Assembly (NCBI RefSeq): GCF_017876815.1
Contig: NZ_JAGIOS010000001.1
Location: 3,450,001-3,482,000, forward strand
Direction of reading: 5' to 3'
Length of the DNA: 32,000 nt
DNA from: Sinorhizobium meliloti
GTDB lineage: Bacteria > Pseudomonadota > Alphaproteobacteria > Rhizobiales > Rhizobiaceae
This document shows, piece after piece, positions 25,105 through 32,000 of this stretch. Both the position numbers and the translations under genes were made by a program. Within the stretch, counting starts at the first letter, position 1. Each line of letters begins with the position of its first letter. Below the pieces are notes generated by a model. That model did no database searches and was not told the DNA's origin. It saw nothing but the letters and a program-made list of their open reading frames with translations.

Positions 25105-26040
25105 TCAGACAGCGCCGGAGAAGGTGTCGCAATCCGACATCTTGCCACTGTCGAAGCCCCGCTGGAACCACCGCATCCGCTGCTCCGACGTGCCGTGATT
25201 GAAACTTTCCGGGACGACATAGCCCTGCATGCGCTTCTGCAATGTGTCGTCGCCGATCTGGGTCGCAGCGTTTAGCGCCTCCTCCAGATCGCCTCGTTCC
25301 AGGAGCCCCTTCTGCTCGGTGTATTTGCCCCAGATCCCGGCGAAGCAGTCCGCCTGCAGCTCGACCCGGACCGACATCTGGTTCGCCTCGGCCTCGCTCA
25401 TGCGCTGCCGCATCTCATTGAATTTGGGCAATACGCCGATCAGGTTCTGGACGTGATGACCGACCTCATGCGCAAGCACATAGGCCTGGGCGAAATCGCC
25501 GGAAGCTTCGAATTTCTGGGCCAGCTCGTCGAAGAAACTCATATCGAGATAGACCTTGCGGTCGCCGGGGCAATAGAAGGGACCCGAGGCGGAAGAGGCA
25601 AAGCCGCAGGCCGAACGGACCGAGCCGTTGAACAGCACCAGCCTCGGTTCCTCATATTGCTCGCCGCTCGCCTGGAAGATGCCGTTCCAGGTGTCTTCCG
25701 TTTCGGCAAGAACCGTGGCCATGAAGGCCTTCATCTCTTCTTCCTCGGCCGTGCCCTGCGGCGCCCCCGACCCGTCGCTCTGCTCGAAGCCCGGCATGTT
25801 CGCCGGACCACCGCCTTCGAGCACCTGAAGCAGGTCGATGCCCATTGCCTTCAGGACGAAATAGAGAATCACGAGGAAGATGAGCGTGCCAAAGCTCATG
25901 CCGCCGCCGGCGCGACGCATTCCGCCGCCGCCACCGGGCAGGCGGAATCCACCGCCACGGCCGAAAGGGCCGCCTCCCCGGGGGCCGGCCCCGCGCTGAT
26001 CCTCGATGTTTCCGGACTGGCGGCGGCCCTTCCATTCCAT
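25105..26040 (-). CDS. ypfJ: YpfJ-family neutral zinc metallopeptidase
   Basis: MEWKGRRQSGNIEDQRG start, Gly-rich segment, one TM helix, and the HExxH site (AHEVGHHVQN). The start is taken at ATG 26040. Confidence 0.88.
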   Translation of the reverse strand: MEWKGRRQSGNIEDQRGAGPRGGGPFGRGGGFRLPGGGGGMRRAGGGMSFGTLIFLVILYFVLKAMGIDLLQVLEGGGPANMPGFEQSDGSGAPQGTAEEEEMKAFMATVLAETEDTWNGIFQASGEQYEEPRLVLFNGSVRSACGFASSASGPFYCPGDRKVYLDMSFFDELAQKFEASGDFAQAYVLAHEVGHHVQNLIGVLPKFNEMRQRMSEAEANQMSVRVELQADCFAGIWGKYTEQKGLLERGDLEEALNAATQIGDDTLQKRMQGYVVPESFNHGTSEQRMRWFQRGFDSGKMSDCDTFSGAV

Positions 26041-26253
26041 GATCTGTCCTCCAGAAGGCGTCGCCTCTACTTTAGCGCGCTGAGTGATTTTATAAGCCGG
26101 GGCGGCGATCCTTGTAAAACGCAATCGCCGCCACCCGGTTGCATCCGGCGCATCGTTTTGTCGAGCGGAGCTGCCGGCCTAAAGGGCAAGGCGGCAGGAT
26201 TGACGCTCGCGCCGTGTTCGGCTCCAATGGAAAACAGGCGGCGGGAGGAACAG

Positions 26254-27297
26254 ATGAAGGCAGTGCGTCTTGAGTCGGTCGGCAATATCTCCGTTCGGAA
26301 CGTTGGGATTCCTGAGCCCGGGCCTGACGATCTGCTCGTCAAAGTGGAAGCCTGCGGCATCTGCGGGACCGATCGTCATCTCCTTCATGGAGAATTTCCG
26401 TCGACGCCGCCGGTCACGCTCGGCCACGAATTTTGCGGCATCGTCGTCGAGGCCGGGAGCGCCGTTCGAGATATCGCACCGGGTGCGAGGATCACCGGAG
26501 ATCCCAACATCTCCTGCGGCCGCTGCCCGCAGTGCCAGGCGGGCCGGGTCAATCTCTGCCGGAACCTGCGCGCGATCGGCATCCATCGCGACGGCGGCTT
26601 CGCCGAATACGTCCTGGTGCCGCGGAAGCAGGCCTTCGAAATTCCGCTTACTCTCGATCCCGTGCACGGCGCTTTCTGCGAGCCTCTCGCCTGCTGCCTG
26701 CACGGTGTCGATCTTTCGGGAATCAAAGCGGGGTCGACGGTGGCGATCCTGGGCGGCGGCGTGATCGGCCTGCTGACGGTGCAACTCGCAAGGCTCGCCG
26801 GCGCCACGACGGTCATTCTCTCGACACGCCAGGCAACGAAGCGTCGCCTGGCCGAGGAAGTCGGCGCCACCGCAACGGTCGACCCGTCGGCCGGCGACGT
26901 GGTCGAGGCGATCGCGGGTCCGGTGGGTCTCGTCCCCGGAGGTGTCGATGTCGTCATCGAGTGCGCCGGAGTCGCGGAAACGGTGAAGCAGTCGACGCGC
27001 CTCGCCAAGGCGGGCGGTACGGTCGTGATCCTCGGCGTGCTGCCGCAAGGAGAAAAGGTCGAAATCGAACCGTTCGACATTCTCTTCCGCGAGCTCCGCG
27101 TGCTTGGCTCCTTTATCAATCCCTTCGTCCACCGCCGCGCGGCCGACCTGGTTGCGACAGGCGCGATCGAGATCGACCGGATGATTTCACGGCGCATATC
27201 GCTCGATGAAGCACCTGATGTCATTTCAAATCCCGCCGCTGCCGGCGAGGTGAAGGTATTGGTGATCCCGTCCGCCGAGCGGGTGGCGCAGCAGTAG
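26254..27297 (+). CDS. zinc-dependent alcohol dehydrogenase family oxidoreductase (threonine/sorbitol dehydrogenase-like)
   Basis: CGICGTDRH, GHEFCG, structural-zinc CGRCPQCQAGRVNLC, and the GGGVIGLL Rossmann motif. GGGAGG SD before ATG 26254. The track ORF 25453..27297 is over-extended across antisense ypfJ. Confidence 0.9.
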   Translation: MKAVRLESVGNISVRNVGIPEPGPDDLLVKVEACGICGTDRHLLHGEFPSTPPVTLGHEFCGIVVEAGSAVRDIAPGARITGDPNISCGRCPQCQAGRVNLCRNLRAIGIHRDGGFAEYVLVPRKQAFEIPLTLDPVHGAFCEPLACCLHGVDLSGIKAGSTVAILGGGVIGLLTVQLARLAGATTVILSTRQATKRRLAEEVGATATVDPSAGDVVEAIAGPVGLVPGGVDVVIECAGVAETVKQSTRLAKAGGTVVILGVLPQGEKVEIEPFDILFRELRVLGSFINPFVHRRAADLVATGAIEIDRMISRRISLDEAPDVISNPAAAGEVKVLVIPSAERVAQQ

Positions 27298-27439
27298 TGT
27301 TTCTATCGGAGAACCGTAGGTTCGAGAGGCGGAACAAATATCTTTGCTTTCTTGTCGATTCCCGAATTTTCGGGGTTCCGCTGGCGAAAACATTTGCCTA
27401 TAAGCCGCTTCTAGCCTGAAAAGACCATCAATGCGCGAC

Positions 27440-27472
27440 CCGGCCGGTGACCTCCCAACCTGGCCGGTTTTT
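27440..27472 (+). terminator. terminator-like hairpin plus T5, between the ADH gene and carB
   Basis: ccggccgg (27440-27447) pairs with cctggccg-g (27460-27467) with one G-U pair, followed by ttttt (27468-27472). It ends 28 nt before the carB ATG. Confidence 0.4.
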
Positions 27473-27499
27473 CGCGCAGCTAGAAACGGATGATTGCCC

Positions 27500-30991
<3,492 letters not shown>

Positions 30992-31012
30992 CCATTGCGG
31001 ATTTACGCTTGT

Positions 31013-31047
31013 GAACGCAGCCTGAATGTCCGATTCAGGCTGCGTTC
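31013..31047 (+). terminator. perfect 15-bp-stem hairpin 22 nt after the carB stop (no U-tract)
   Basis: gaacgcagcctgaat (31013-31027), loop gtccg, attcaggctgcgttc (31033-31047). It is flanked by the 9-bp direct repeat ccattgcgg. Confidence 0.4.
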
Positions 31048-31119
31048 CATTGCGGCATGGTTCCATGTCCCAACATGCGGAAACGGATCACCCGTGACGC
31101 GCGTGGTTGGGGCAACGAC

Positions 31120-31422
31120 ATGCAGCTATATTTCTTCGATCTCCATTGGGACGACGATTGTTTCACCGATGACGAGGGTATCCTTCACTTCGATGAGGGA
31201 TCGGCGCTCTATTACGCCCAGCGTATCGCCGACAGGATCGGCCGCGACGCGGATTATGGTTCCCTGAAGGTCAGGATACGCTCGCAGACAGGCGCGCTCC
31301 TCGCAACCGTCACGCCCTCGCTGGGCCGCGTCGCCGAACAGGATGCCCTGCTCGGCCGCCGCCGCCCCGGCCTTTTCCCGCATCCGTTCAAAGCCGGCCT
31401 TGCGCCGTCCGCGGCTCGGTGA
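31120..31422 (+). CDS. DUF6894-like small protein (100 aa)
   Basis: MQLYFFDLHWDDDCFTDDEGILHFDEGSALYYAQRIADRI matches the M.RYFFh..dg....D.EG.el.d...A..eA pattern of this Rhizobiales small-protein family. The start is taken at ATG 31120. Confidence 0.55.
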   Translation: MQLYFFDLHWDDDCFTDDEGILHFDEGSALYYAQRIADRIGRDADYGSLKVRIRSQTGALLATVTPSLGRVAEQDALLGRRRPGLFPHPFKAGLAPSAAR

Positions 31423-31425
31423 ACG

Positions 31426-32000
31426 CTACTGGATGGTTGCCCTGCCTTCGCATCGCGCCAGCCGCAGGGTCCTGATCCCGAAGACGAGCGACGCGGCGGC
31501 GAGAACGCAGCCGAGCGCGAAAACACCCAGCATTGCGGCCGAAATCACCCGGGCGCTGACACCTTCGTCGAATCCTCCGGCGTTGGCGACCGCTCCGAAA
31601 ACGGCCGCGCCGATCGCGTAGCCGGCTGATTGCAGCGTCGGCAGCAGCGCCGAGGTCTTGTCGCGTTCCTCAATGGACGAGACGTTCATCAGCAGCTGGC
31701 TCAGCGTTCCCCAGCAAAGGCCGAATCCGGCTCCGACAGCACTCTGGCTGACGAAGACAAGGCCGTATTCGCCGGAGGCGACGGCGAGCGTCAAGCCGCC
31801 GAGGCCGAGGCAAAGGAACAGCGGCCCGGTCCAGACCAGCCGCACGCGCGTCTCGTGGGAGCGCAGGCTCGCGACGATGATCGCCGTCAGGCTCCAGGAT
31901 ATGGCCATCAAGGCGTTTGAAAAGCCCGCGGCGGTCGGGCCGAAGCCCCAAAGATGTTGCAGCGCGTAGACGAGATAGACGGAGCCCGAGGCTTGTGCCA
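31426..32000 (-). CDS. MFS transporter, C-terminal part (gene continues past the right edge)
   Basis: The - strand frame is open from the window end to the stop at 31426-31428. It is hydrophobic throughout (...LWGFGPTAAGFSNALMAISWSLTAIIVASL...GAGFGLCWGTLSQ...). Confidence 0.75.
   Translation of the reverse strand, partial: AQASGSVYLVYALQHLWGFGPTAAGFSNALMAISWSLTAIIVASLRSHETRVRLVWTGPLFLCLGLGGLTLAVASGEYGLVFVSQSAVGAGFGLCWGTLSQLLMNVSSIEERDKTSALLPTLQSAGYAIGAAVFGAVANAGGFDEGVSARVISAAMLGVFALGCVLAAASLVFGIRTLRLARCEGRATIQ

Noticed and set aside
25453-26253. 5' extension of the Zn-ADH ORF (track ORF 25453..27297, 614 aa)
   Set aside because: The extension is antisense to ypfJ. The ADH homology begins at MKAVRLE (ATG 26254), which has a GGGAGG SD.

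Overview
GC-rich (~60% by eye) alphaproteobacterial chromosome segment. Gene content and palindromic intergenic repeats look Rhizobiaceae-like (Sinorhizobium/Ensifer/Rhizobium type); that assignment is an inference. Three conserved housekeeping blocks form the backbone: metG-tatD-MBL hydrolase (0.7-3.9 kb, + strand), coaD-ppiA-ppiB-queA-tgt (16.5-20.5 kb, - strand) and carB (27.5-31.0 kb, + strand). Between them lie transporter, regulator and redox genes: two MFS transporters, a MATE pump, a Tet-type MFS pump, a wHTH-TPR regulator, two SDRs, a Zn-ADH, a GFA protein and a YpfJ metallopeptidase. There is also a same-strand string of envelope-related genes at 10.9-14.9 kb. It runs L,D-transpeptidase, two lipoproteins, ICMT-type methyltransferase, E2-like acyltransferase, then SDR with a SEC-C tail. 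Non-core patches: (1) an AT-rich island at ~4.2-6.4 kb with a truncated IS30-family transposase, a second copy of the same IS end, short repeats and two orphan ORFs; (2) a 272-bp MITE-like element with perfect 28-bp terminal inverted repeats at 23.2-23.5 kb; (3) a decayed MNT/HepT toxin-antitoxin pair at 21.06-21.6 kb; (4) a frameshifted orphan ABC substrate-binding gene at 15.25-16.07 kb; (5) a possible LysR C-terminal remnant. I found no rRNA, tRNA, CRISPR array or recognisable large defence system. The best candidates for undescribed biology are the tightly coupled methyltransferase/acyltransferase/SDR-SEC-C operon with its neighbouring PPPDE-like lipoprotein, the two orphan ORFs in the IS30 island, and the structured MITE-like element. 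All family calls rest on motif recognition by eye. No searches were run.
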